Assembly (NCBI GenBank): GCA_965202625.1
Contig: CBDBBI010000010.1
Coordinates: 2,432,001 to 2,496,000, forward strand
Direction: 5' to 3'
From: a bacterium
Lineage (GTDB): Bacteria > UBA8248
Length of the DNA stretch: 64,000 nt
In this document: piece by piece, positions 48,894 to 57,595 of the stretch
How the letters are laid out: each line of letters starts with the position of its first letter
Position numbering within the stretch: position 1 is the first letter of the stretch
Notes under the pieces: generated by a model
What the model saw: the letters and a program-made list of their open reading frames with translations, nothing else
Told to the model about the DNA's origin: nothing
Databases searched by the model: none
Made by a program: the position numbers and the translations under genes

Positions 48894-51383
48894 TTATTTG
48901 AACCGCCCCTCGTTCAGCCGCCCATAGACGTCCGTTCCCTTGAGTGCGGCGTTGTTTTTCGCGTAATCCCACGGCGTTTTGCCTGTTTGGTCTTTTGCCG
49001 CCGGGTCTGCTCCGGTATCCAGCAAAGCCGCTACGATTTCGGGCGTCTTGCTGAGCACCGCCGCCTGGTGCAGGGGCGTCCATCCGTTCACGTCCCGCGC
49101 GTTCAAGTCCGCTCCGGCTCTCGCGAGTGCCGTCACAACCCCGGGTGTTTTGCTTTGCCCCGCCGCCCGGTGAAGGGGCGTCCATCCGATCTCGTTTCGC
49201 TCGTTCACGTTCGCCCCGCCCTTGATGAGAGCGGCCACGACTTCAGGCGTCTCGCTGTCCCTTGCCGCCCGGTGCAGGGGCGCCCATCCCTTCTCGTCTT
49301 GCGCGTTCACGTCCGCTCCGGCCTTGATGAGCGCGGCCACGACTTCAGGCGTCTCGCTGTCCCTTGCCGCCCGGTGCAGGGGCGCCCATCCCTTCTCGTC
49401 TTGCGCGTTCACGTCCGCTCCGGCCTTGATGAGCGCGGCCACGACACCGGGCGTATTGTTGAACGCCGCCTTGTGCAGGGGCGTCGCTCCGTCCTTATCC
49501 CGCGCGTTCAGGTCCGCGCCCGCTTTTATGAGCACTGTCACGACTTCGGGTGTGTTGTGCCCCGCTGCCCAGTGTAGGGGCGTCTCTCTGTACTTGTCCC
49601 GCGCGTTCAGGTCCGCTCCGGCCTTCAGGAGCTTCGCCACGATATCAGGCGTCTTGCTGAACCGCGCCGCCCTGTGCAGGGGTGTCCGTCCGTTCTCGTC
49701 CTGCGCGTTCACGTCCGCTCCTGCCTTCAGGAGCACTGCCACGATATCAGGCGTCTTGCTGTTCTCCGCCGCCCAGTGCAGGGGCGTCGATCCCTCCTCG
49801 GTTCGCGCGTTCACGTCCGCTCCGGCCTTCAGGAGCTTCGCTACTACTTCGGGCGTCTTGCTGAACAACGCCGCCCAGTGCAGGGGCGTTAATCCGTTCT
49901 CGTCCCTCGCGTTCACGTCCGCCCCGGCCTCCAGGAGCGTGGCCACGACGCCGGGCGTCTTGCTGCGATCCGCCGCCGCGTGCAGGGGCGTCATTCCGTC
50001 CTTGTCCCGCGCGTTCAGGTCCGCTCCGGCTTTCAGGAGCACCGCTACGACTTCGGGCATTTTGCTCCACTGTGCCGCGACGTGCAGGGGTGTCGCTCCG
50101 TATTTAGTGTCCCGCGCGTTCAGGTCCGCTCCGGCTTTCAGGAGCGTCGCTACGACTTCGGGCGTCTTGCTGTGCACCGCCGCCCAGTGCAGGGGCGTTC
50201 CTCCCTTCTCGTCCCGCGCGTTCACGTTCGCCCCGCCCTTCACGAGCACCGCTACGACTTCGGGTGTCTCGCTATTCTCCGCCGCCGCGTGCAGGGGCGT
50301 CCCTCCGAAATCGTCCCGCGCGTTCAGGTCCGCTCCGGCCTTCAGAAGCGTCTCCACGACTTCGGTCGTCTCGCTGAGTGCCGCCTCGTGCAGGGGCGTC
50401 TCTCCGTTCTTGTCTCGCGCGTTCAAGTCCGCTCCGGCCTTTACGAGCGTGCTCACGACTTCGGGCGTCTCGCTATTCTCCGCCGCGTGGTGCAAGGGCG
50501 TCCCTCCGAATTTATCCCGCGTGTCCAGCTTCGCGCCGGTTTTCAGGAGCGTCGCTACGACTTCGGGCGTCTTGCTGTGCACCGCCGCCCAGTGCAGGGG
50601 CGTCTCTCCGAACTCAGCCCGCGCGTTCACGTCTGCCCCGGCCTTCAGACAGCGGGAAACGTCCTCCGCCGAGGCGCGCTCGAAGAACGCCTCAGTGTTC
50701 CATTCTTCGTATGAAACCTGCGCCGCCGTGTCCGCTCCGGGCGTCTTGCTGTCCTCCGTCTTACGCTGGAGCGTCCGTCCCTCGTTCAGCTGCTGATAGG
50801 CGTCCGTTCCCTTGAGGGCGGCTTTTTCTTTCGCGTAATCCCACGGCGTTTTGCCTAATCCGTCTTTTGCCGCCGGGTTCGCCCCGGCGTCCAGAAAAGC
50901 CGCCACGACTCGGGACTTCTTGCTGTTCATCGCGGCCCAATGCAGGGGCGTCCGTTTCTTCTCATCCAGCGCGTTCACGTCTGCCCCGGCCTTCACGAGA
51001 GTCGTCACGATTCTAGGCGTCTTGCTGAACCATGCCGCCCAGTGCAGGGGCGTTATTTCGTGAAAGGCCCGCGCGTTCACGTCCGCTCCGGCCTTCACGA
51101 GCACTGCCACGACACCGGGCGTTTGGCTGAACTGCGCTGCCAAGTGCAGGGGCGTCAATCCGAGCATGCCCCGCGCGCGCGCGTTCACGTCCGCTCCGGC
51201 CTTCAGACAGCGGGAGACGTCCGCCGCCGAAGCGCGCTTGAAGAACGCCCCGGTGTTCCATTCTTCGCACGAGACCTGCGCGGCTAGAGGGGATTGCGTC
51301 GCCTGAGAGGGTGCAGCGCAGCCGACCATTAGGGCGAGGCACAGAAAAAGCGCCGCTGAAAACGTCCCCATGCGTTTCTTCAT
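48894..51383 (-). CDS. Ankyrin repeat lipoprotein 6 (fusion of two units, 3 + 16 repeats)
   Basis: LMVGC signal; internal C-cap followed by a second N-cap; exact 102-bp tandem duplication near 49220-49440. Confidence 0.9.
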   Translation of the reverse strand: MKKRMGTFSAALFLCLALMVGCAAPSQATQSPLAAQVSCEEWNTGAFFKRASAADVSRCLKAGADVNARARGMLGLTPLHLAAQFSQTPGVVAVLVKAGADVNARAFHEITPLHWAAWFSKTPRIVTTLVKAGADVNALDEKKRTPLHWAAMNSKKSRVVAAFLDAGANPAAKDGLGKTPWDYAKEKAALKGTDAYQQLNEGRTLQRKTEDSKTPGADTAAQVSYEEWNTEAFFERASAEDVSRCLKAGADVNARAEFGETPLHWAAVHSKTPEVVATLLKTGAKLDTRDKFGGTPLHHAAENSETPEVVSTLVKAGADLNARDKNGETPLHEAALSETTEVVETLLKAGADLNARDDFGGTPLHAAAENSETPEVVAVLVKGGANVNARDEKGGTPLHWAAVHSKTPEVVATLLKAGADLNARDTKYGATPLHVAAQWSKMPEVVAVLLKAGADLNARDKDGMTPLHAAADRSKTPGVVATLLEAGADVNARDENGLTPLHWAALFSKTPEVVAKLLKAGADVNARTEEGSTPLHWAAENSKTPDIVAVLLKAGADVNAQDENGRTPLHRAARFSKTPDIVAKLLKAGADLNARDKYRETPLHWAAGHNTPEVVTVLIKAGADLNARDKDGATPLHKAAFNNTPGVVAALIKAGADVNAQDEKGWAPLHRAARDSETPEVVAALIKAGADVNAQDEKGWAPLHRAARDSETPEVVAALIKGGANVNERNEIGWTPLHRAAGQSKTPGVVTALARAGADLNARDVNGWTPLHQAAVLSKTPEIVAALLDTGADPAAKDQTGKTPWDYAKNNAALKGTDVYGRLNEGRFK

Positions 51384-51453
51384 TTTTTTGCTCCTCTTTT
51401 GGTTGTTTGTTTCGCAACGACAAAGCATTGTCTTCTGCGGGCGATGCGCCGGA

Positions 51454-52113
51454 CTAAGAGGGACTCTCGCCGACTCGGGGATAGGCGACTTTTCCCCAAA
51501 CCTCCGAGTCGGGGTTTTTCTCGATGTCGGCCTGCATGACGTCGAGAATCGCCGGAACGATTTTCTCCATGATGCGGGCACCATCCCTGAGCTGGGTCCG
51601 GCCCCATCCTTCGCCGAAAGTCACGCCTCCGTGGAACACCTGGTTGCGCAGTTGATACAGCCGCCCGAACACTTCCCTGAACACGGCGTGCACGTCTCCG
51701 GTTCCGATGGACCTTCTCGTGCTCTCTTTTCTGGATTCGAAGCGCCTGTGCCACCCCTCTCCCATAGGCTCGCCACGCACGTATTGCCAGAACGGCCTGA
51801 AGACGTAGTGATTCTCCAGAAGAATGCGAATCGGCCCCGAATACGTCTCCCAGAGAATGGTTCTTATCGTTTCCCCCGCATCGCGCTTGATGATCTCCCG
51901 TAGAAATTCGGTGATCTTCATGCTCTCGGTGGGAGCGTCTTCGTATCTGCCCGTCGGCTCATCGCCGTAGGCCGCGTTGAAGGCGATCCACAGAAAAAGG
52001 AATTTCTCCTCGTCCGATCCGGCTTTCCTGCTCTGCTCGCGCCACGTCCAGGCCCGCCGCATTCGGCGCGCGTTGTGCTCGCTGTAGGGTATCTCGTCGC
52101 TGGTTCGCATCAT
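51454..52113 (-). CDS. HEPN domain protein (ApeA-like, putative RNase)
   Basis: FLFLWIAFNAAY and LYQLRNQVFHGG (RxxxxH); RBS AAGGAG. Confidence 0.8.
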   Translation of the reverse strand: MMRTSDEIPYSEHNARRMRRAWTWREQSRKAGSDEEKFLFLWIAFNAAYGDEPTGRYEDAPTESMKITEFLREIIKRDAGETIRTILWETYSGPIRILLENHYVFRPFWQYVRGEPMGEGWHRRFESRKESTRRSIGTGDVHAVFREVFGRLYQLRNQVFHGGVTFGEGWGRTQLRDGARIMEKIVPAILDVMQADIEKNPDSEVWGKVAYPRVGESPS

Positions 52114-52405
52114 CGCGTCGTCTCCTTTTCTGTTCGCTGTGTGCTGGACGCGCGCGCGGGGAACGCGGCTTTCCCGCCGGCGTCCATGAAAAATCCTGGT
52201 TTCACGTCATACGAGAGGCGGTGAGAATGTATAGCGAAAACATGGGGTATGCAATGCGCCCGCCTCGCCGCACCCCTTGGGCACCGCCCGAAACTTGCCC
52301 GACCCGCGCGGATGCGCGATAGTCCCTCTGTTGCCGCGCGGTTTCGGGAAATGATGGCACCAGGCGCGGAGTGGACGCCATCTTTCAAGAAAGAGAGGGA
52401 GCGCG

Positions 52406-53146
52406 ATGCCTTGTTTCTACAGGACGAGCGAGATGGAGAAGAACCTTGCGGGGGCGGCATACAGCCCGACCGAGGGGGCGTGGGTACGGGGGGAGCGGAT
52501 CATTTTCGGCAAGATGCGGATGCCCGCCGGCACGCGCTCGAGCGCGCACTCCCATCCGAACGAGCAGTTCGGCTACTGCCTCGCCGGAAGCGTCCGCCTG
52601 AACGTGGAGGGCGAGAGCGGGGTTCTCAAGCCCGGCCACATCGCCTACCGGCCCGCTGGTGCCGTGCACGAGGCCGAGGTGCTGGACGATGCGGATTATG
52701 AGTTCATCGTGGCGAAGGACACGGCCGCGGGCATTGAGGGAACGCCCGCCGAGATGGGGCGCACCGCCGGGTGCGGGGAAAGCGGGGGTGCGGGGCGCAT
52801 CCCCTATTTCTATGACACCGAGGCGATGGACAAGGGGCTGGCGGGCGAGACCTACAGTCCGACCGAGGGGGCGTGGGTGACGGGTGCGCGCGTCATCTTT
52901 GGGAAGATGCGCATTCCGGCGGGAGGACGCGCCGAGGCCCACTCCCACCCCAACGAGCAGTTCGTGATCGTCCTGAGCGGTGCCGCGCGCATGAAGATAG
53001 GCGAGGAGACGGGGACGCTCGCTCCGGGCGACATCGCCCACATTCCGGCGAACGCGGTGCATTCCTGCGAAATTCTCGGCGATGCGGACTATGTCTTCGT
53101 CACGGCGAAGGACACCTCATGGGGCATCGGGGGCGTGAAGGCTTGA
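52406..53146 (+). CDS. Bicupin protein
   Basis: Two HSHPNEQ...PAxAVH cupin domains. Confidence 0.88.
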   Translation: MPCFYRTSEMEKNLAGAAYSPTEGAWVRGERIIFGKMRMPAGTRSSAHSHPNEQFGYCLAGSVRLNVEGESGVLKPGHIAYRPAGAVHEAEVLDDADYEFIVAKDTAAGIEGTPAEMGRTAGCGESGGAGRIPYFYDTEAMDKGLAGETYSPTEGAWVTGARVIFGKMRIPAGGRAEAHSHPNEQFVIVLSGAARMKIGEETGTLAPGDIAHIPANAVHSCEILGDADYVFVTAKDTSWGIGGVKA

Positions 53147-53195
53147 GGGGGGGGTGCACTCCGCCTTCAGACTTTAGTTGGCGGATTCATTTTCC

Positions 53196-53672
53196 CTATG
53201 ATCTCAGTCTATCGGTCAATTTGGAGCCGCATTTGAGCCATCGTAAGGCTTCACTTCGCCCGCGGAAACGTATTTTTCCGCTTCCATTTTTCCTCTGTGC
53301 CCTGATTTCCGATGTTCTCACGCCCTTATGGGCGACGACGGGACGAAAATGGACCACTGTATTTTCGGGAACAACCCCCTCGGCGGCGCGCGCCCCTGCT
53401 TGAAGTTGTGCAATGGCTTGGCTGACGTCCAACCGACCTTTCTTCAGTTCCAGCGGCACGACCCATAAAGAGCAGTTGCCGCTTTCGGCGATGAACAGGT
53501 AGTCGGGACGTTTCTGATTCTTGCCGAGGGGCGAACCCGGTTTGTCAAAATCGATGATCAAGCGTGGCGACGGCGCACCTTCAAGAGATACGCGGCAACC
53601 ATCCCTGCGGCAATTATCTGAAAGACATTGCGGAGAAACCTCTGCCCGAACTGCATCCACGAGGCCCTTCAC
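53196..53672 (-). CDS. Hypothetical protein, PD-(D/E)XK nuclease-like
   Basis: RPDYLF...PLELKKG...AIAQL; 4-bp overlap with the upstream ATPase. Confidence 0.6.
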   Translation of the reverse strand: MKGLVDAVRAEVSPQCLSDNCRRDGCRVSLEGAPSPRLIIDFDKPGSPLGKNQKRPDYLFIAESGNCSLWVVPLELKKGRLDVSQAIAQLQAGARAAEGVVPENTVVHFRPVVAHKGVRTSEIRAQRKNGSGKIRFRGRSEALRWLKCGSKLTDRLRS

Positions 53673-55198
53673 CCGCTTTTTTCTCCAATCCGGCTGGAAA
53701 TATCCGCCCAGTCATTGTGGAGCGCGGCGGCGACGTCATCAAAACCAGACGGGAAAAGCCCCGAATCATTGAGAGGGATTTCCTTCACGATAGAACCCCT
53801 TGGGCGGTTCTTTGGCTGAAATAGCCATACCCCCACCTCATCAGGTCGTAGATCGACGTCGCCATCTTTAGGCAGGTTCGATGACTGCACGATGTTGGCG
53901 AGTTCTTCCAGCACCCACTCGCTGTGCGTCGTGAGGAGCACCCGAACGCGCGCGCGGACGAGCGCCGCGATTTGCCGTGTGAATTCGACCTGCATGGCGG
54001 GATGCAGGTGCGATTCCGGCTCCTCAATGATCAGCACGTTGCCGGGTCTCACCACATAGCGCAGATACAGCACCACCGGCGCGAGTTCCGACACCATGGA
54101 CGAGGCGTTCATCAACGGAAGGTCGGCCTTCCACGTCTCCGGCCGATAGGTGAAGCGCGGGTAGCCGGTTTCCGTTTTCTTGACGTTCACTTCTCCGCCT
54201 AGGATGAATTTTTCGATTCCCTTGTCGAGAGGATTTTGAGTTTCGCGCCCAGACTGCCCACTGTCGATCTCAATCAGTTGTTCGAGGAAGTCCGCCTGAA
54301 CGCCCGAGAGCAGGGGGGTGGGGGTATCCTGATGCAGACCCGCCCTGGTGGCGCGCTCGATCAAGGCGCTTACGACCACCTGATGGGCGTGCATGACGCC
54401 TGTGCGGCTGGCGGGAAGATAGAAGGCCGGAAGATGTAGGGGGGCAAAGACCTGAGTTGCAGTGAAGTCGCTTAAATTCGATATCAGCCGCAGTGCCTTC
54501 AATTCTGGATACTCATTCTTCCATATATGCATCTTCATGCGGTAGGAACTGCCGAAGCTCCTTAATGAAAATGACCGATCATCATTCTTGAGCCGTATAG
54601 GCGTATTTTCGGGAATCTTCGTCTTGAGCGCGGGCTTTTGCGCGTGGATTCTCAGCTCTTGAACGAAAGGATCGGCATCGTCCGAGACGCCCCTTCGCAG
54701 AACGACCTGCGCGTTCCGTGCACTTCCCCCTTTACGAATCAATTCTTTCGTCTCGTTAACGCCGAAGCACCTGCTGACTTCATTGCCGAGATTTCCGCCC
54801 AGGGCGTCAAGTCTGGTGAGTGCTGAAAGAACCCAACCTGCGATGGGATCGGGGATAAGAATGCTTTTCGCATTTGACAACGCCTCCTCGTCCCCAAACG
54901 TCCGCTTCGCCCAATCGAGAAACCCATCCAAAGTTTCCTTGGTGGGTTGATTCTCCTCGTCGTCCACAAATAGGTCGTAACCTAAGGGAAAGTGTCGGAA
55001 GCCAGGCAGACCCAGGCCATCAAGGTGACGACTGAAAAACCGGTGCAAGGCATATATCAGAATCGCCAGATAGGATTTGCCGGTGTTGCTCGGGCCCACG
55101 AACACGGTCAAAGGACGCAGAGCAATTTTCGCATCGGCAATGGGTCCGAAATTTTTCACTTCGAGCTTGACGGAGCCTTGCACAGGCGAATCGCTCAA
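53669..55198 (-). CDS. ABC-type ATPase (AAA_15/AAA_21, AbiEii/OLD-like)
   Basis: KNFGPI, GPSNTGKS, SSMVSEL, IIEEPESHLHP, TTHS. Confidence 0.88.
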   Translation of the reverse strand: MSDSPVQGSVKLEVKNFGPIADAKIALRPLTVFVGPSNTGKSYLAILIYALHRFFSRHLDGLGLPGFRHFPLGYDLFVDDEENQPTKETLDGFLDWAKRTFGDEEALSNAKSILIPDPIAGWVLSALTRLDALGGNLGNEVSRCFGVNETKELIRKGGSARNAQVVLRRGVSDDADPFVQELRIHAQKPALKTKIPENTPIRLKNDDRSFSLRSFGSSYRMKMHIWKNEYPELKALRLISNLSDFTATQVFAPLHLPAFYLPASRTGVMHAHQVVVSALIERATRAGLHQDTPTPLLSGVQADFLEQLIEIDSGQSGRETQNPLDKGIEKFILGGEVNVKKTETGYPRFTYRPETWKADLPLMNASSMVSELAPVVLYLRYVVRPGNVLIIEEPESHLHPAMQVEFTRQIAALVRARVRVLLTTHSEWVLEELANIVQSSNLPKDGDVDLRPDEVGVWLFQPKNRPRGSIVKEIPLNDSGLFPSGFDDVAAALHNDWADISSRIGEKSG

Positions 55199-55301
55199 AT
55201 CATCACCTCACATTCCGGTGCCCAGACGTCGCTGCTGATGCGGCGCGCCCAGCTTACGATACGCACCTCATGGATTCAATACGAATATGATCTACATCCC
55301 C

Positions 55302-55449
55302 CCCTCACGGGGCGAGGCGCTCTATCCGCCAGCTGCCGTCCGTCTCCAGGGCGTAGCGCACGCGGTCGTGGAGGCGGCTGTCCCTGTGCCGCCAGAACTC
55401 CACAGAACGGGGCACGAGGAGGTAGCCGCACCAGCCGAGCGGCCTCGGT
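55302..55449 (-). pseudogene. Duplicated 3' end of pdxH
   Basis: Near-identical to 56798..56944; encodes [25 protein letters not shown]...ERLAP*. Confidence 0.92.
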
Positions 55450-55620
55450 GCCGCGCGCATGAAGATAGGCGAGGAGACGGGGACGCTCGCTCCGGGCGAC
55501 ATCGCCCACATTCCGGCGAACGCGGTGCATTCCTGCGAAATTCTCGGCGATGCGGACTACGTCTTCGTCACGGCGAAGGACACCTCATGAGGCATCGGGG
55601 GCGTGAAGGTTTGAGGGGGG
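55446..55620 (+). pseudogene. Duplicated 3' end of the bicupin gene
   Basis: Near-identical to 52978..53152, with a TGG>TGA nonsense change. Confidence 0.92.
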
Positions 55621-55666
55621 AGGTTTGTGAACCGCAAGCCCTGTCGGGTTTTGCTGGCTTGTTCAC

Positions 55667-56146
55667 TTAATTTGTTTTCCTTATCTTGATTGCTTCTTCC
55701 ACTACATTTGATAAATGCGTTGAAATCCAGGCATATACTTCGTGGCTATTCCTTCCTGCCGGCTCATAACATTTGACCAAGTGTGAGAGATACAGAAAAT
55801 CAAAAGGATTTTGCCCTTTTCCCGAACTATATCCTTGACTATCTTTTAATCCATGAATATGGATACCCACGATGCCCATACCCTGTTTCCATGACTCTAT
55901 TATTTCATAGTTAATCCATTTTCTGCCTGCGGTATTTGTTCCAACCAAAACAACAGTGCAAGATCTATACTGCATTTGCTCGTCAATCCACCGTTTTATA
56001 GCGTTTTCGCCGCCTCTTTTGACTTGCTCCCAACCGTTATCAGATGTTGGTTCGTTTCCCTCAATAACGCCTATATTGCGCACTTGGGCCACACGCCAAC
56101 TGTCTGGCTTATAGTCAAAACTGTAGAACACTTGTCTTTTTGTCAT
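55667..56146 (-). CDS. TIR domain protein (MTH538/DUF1863, ThsB-like)
   Basis: VFYSFDY, SCTVVLVG, RKWINYEI with catalytic Glu; low GC; RBS AAGGA. Confidence 0.9.
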   Translation of the reverse strand: MTKRQVFYSFDYKPDSWRVAQVRNIGVIEGNEPTSDNGWEQVKRGGENAIKRWIDEQMQYRSCTVVLVGTNTAGRKWINYEIIESWKQGMGIVGIHIHGLKDSQGYSSGKGQNPFDFLYLSHLVKCYEPAGRNSHEVYAWISTHLSNVVEEAIKIRKTN

Positions 56147-56166
56147 GACGGTTTTCCTTTTTATTC

Positions 56167-56591
56167 TCATGCTCCTCCACAATAAATTATTGCGAACACT
56201 AAAAAAATGAAGAAAAACTCCACCAAATAAAAAATGAAAAGAGTTTGAGAAAAAATAGCGGATGACCCGACTACATTTCAGGTTTGTTTCCATGTTTCAT
56301 CACGTCCATCTTGAAATCTGTATCGGATTGCACCCTGATCTCGTCATATACTTGCCGGAAAAGTCTTTCCTGCCAGAGAAAATATCCGTCCAGCCACCAG
56401 AACCCTATAACGGGTGGAATAAGGAGAAGAACAATAAACGGATTTTGTATCTCGCTCCTTGCAGTCAAGACTATGGCGGCGACAATGACAGTCATGCTCC
56501 AATTTTTCACGAGAAAGGAGTTGTTGCCCAAACGGTTGATAATGGCTTGGGTCATTTCCAGGTGTTTGATGACCTTCTCTGTGCCGTTCAT
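56167..56591 (-). pseudogene. Membrane protein upstream of TIR, frameshifted near 56275
   Basis: HLEMTQAIINRLGNNSFLVKNW...FWWLDGYFLWQERLFR; last helix SAIFSQTLFIFYLVEFFFIFLVFAIIY* lies in another frame ending at 56167. Confidence 0.7.
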
Positions 56592-56800
56592 ATTCTCGCT
56601 CGCCGGCCAGCAATTTTCTGATTGAGGTTGGCGTTGCTCGTCTTTGTCTTTCAAGATTTGAGCGCAATCCCAAAAGCGAAACTACACCACGAAATCACAT
56701 GGCTACTACAAAAGATATAGTGTTTGTCAAGTGCGCGCATATACCGCATGTTTGATTTTGTTCTTTGTCCGCAGGGTGCAGCGCATAAAGGGATAGGCCC

Positions 56801-57450
56801 TCACGGGGCGAGGCGCTCTATCCGCCAGCCGCCGTCCGTCTCCAGGGCGTAGCGCACGCGGTCGTGGAGGCGGCTGTCCCTGTGCCGCCAGAACTCCACA
56901 GAACGGGGGTGAGGAGGTAGCCGCCCCAGCCCGGCGGCCTCGGTACCGCGCGGCCCGCGTATTTCTCCTCCGCCTCGCGCGCGCCTCGCTCAAGAAACGC
57001 CCTGTCGCGTATCGCGCGGCTCTGGGGGGAGGCCCACGCGCCTGTCTGGCTGCCGCGCGGGCGGGAGGCGAAATACGCGTCCGAGACTTCGGCGGGCAGT
57101 TTTTCGGTCACGCCCTCGGCGCGCACCTGCCGGCCCGCCTCTTTCCAGTGAAAGACGAGGGCGGCTCTGGGGTCGCCCTCCAGGTGTGCGGCCTTGTCGC
57201 TCTCGTAGTTGGTGAAAAAGAGAAAGCCCGGCGCATCGACCCCCAGAGTTTCCGGATCCTTATACAGGACGATCCGGGCGGCGGGAGCACCGTCCGGCTG
57301 GACGGTGGCGAGCGTCATCGCGTCTTCGCGGTGAATTCCCGCGCTTTGGGCCTGGGCGTACCAGCGGCGAAACTGTGTGATCGGGTCGCGCGCGACGCGT
57401 GCCGCATCCAGATCTTCTGCCGCCATCTTCCGAAGCAGATCGTCGTTCAT
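56801..57450 (-). CDS. pdxH: Pyridoxamine 5'-phosphate oxidase (1-bp frameshift near 56905)
   Basis: AMTLAT, ARIVLYK, FFTNYES, YFASRP, WASPQS; C-terminus RLHDR...RLAP* in shifted frame. Confidence 0.9.
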
Positions 57451-57595
57451 GGCGCTCCTCTGCGGTGTTTGCGCATTCTCGGGCGCGTCGGCCCGCGTGG
57501 GGTTCTCGCCCATCAGACGCCTCGCCCAGAGGCTGTCGGGTGCGAATGCGCCTTTTCCGCAAAGTCGAATTGCACAGGGACTCTCATCCGCAGCT

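Noticed and set aside
43181-51287. Long + strand and alternate-frame ORFs over the ankyrin array (e.g. 43246..45606, 49222..50796)
   Set aside because: Shadow frames of GC-rich repetitive coding DNA; no RBS, signal or independent domain
43279-51383. CRISPR array or DGR explanation for the ~102-bp periodic repeats
   Set aside because: Repeats are in-frame protein modules; no cas or reverse transcriptase gene, and variation is not adenine-specific by eye
56147-56293. Hydrophobic N-terminal extension on the TIR protein (ORF from 56293)
   Set aside because: It overlaps the frameshifted tail of the upstream membrane gene; TIR has its own RBS and ATG at 56146
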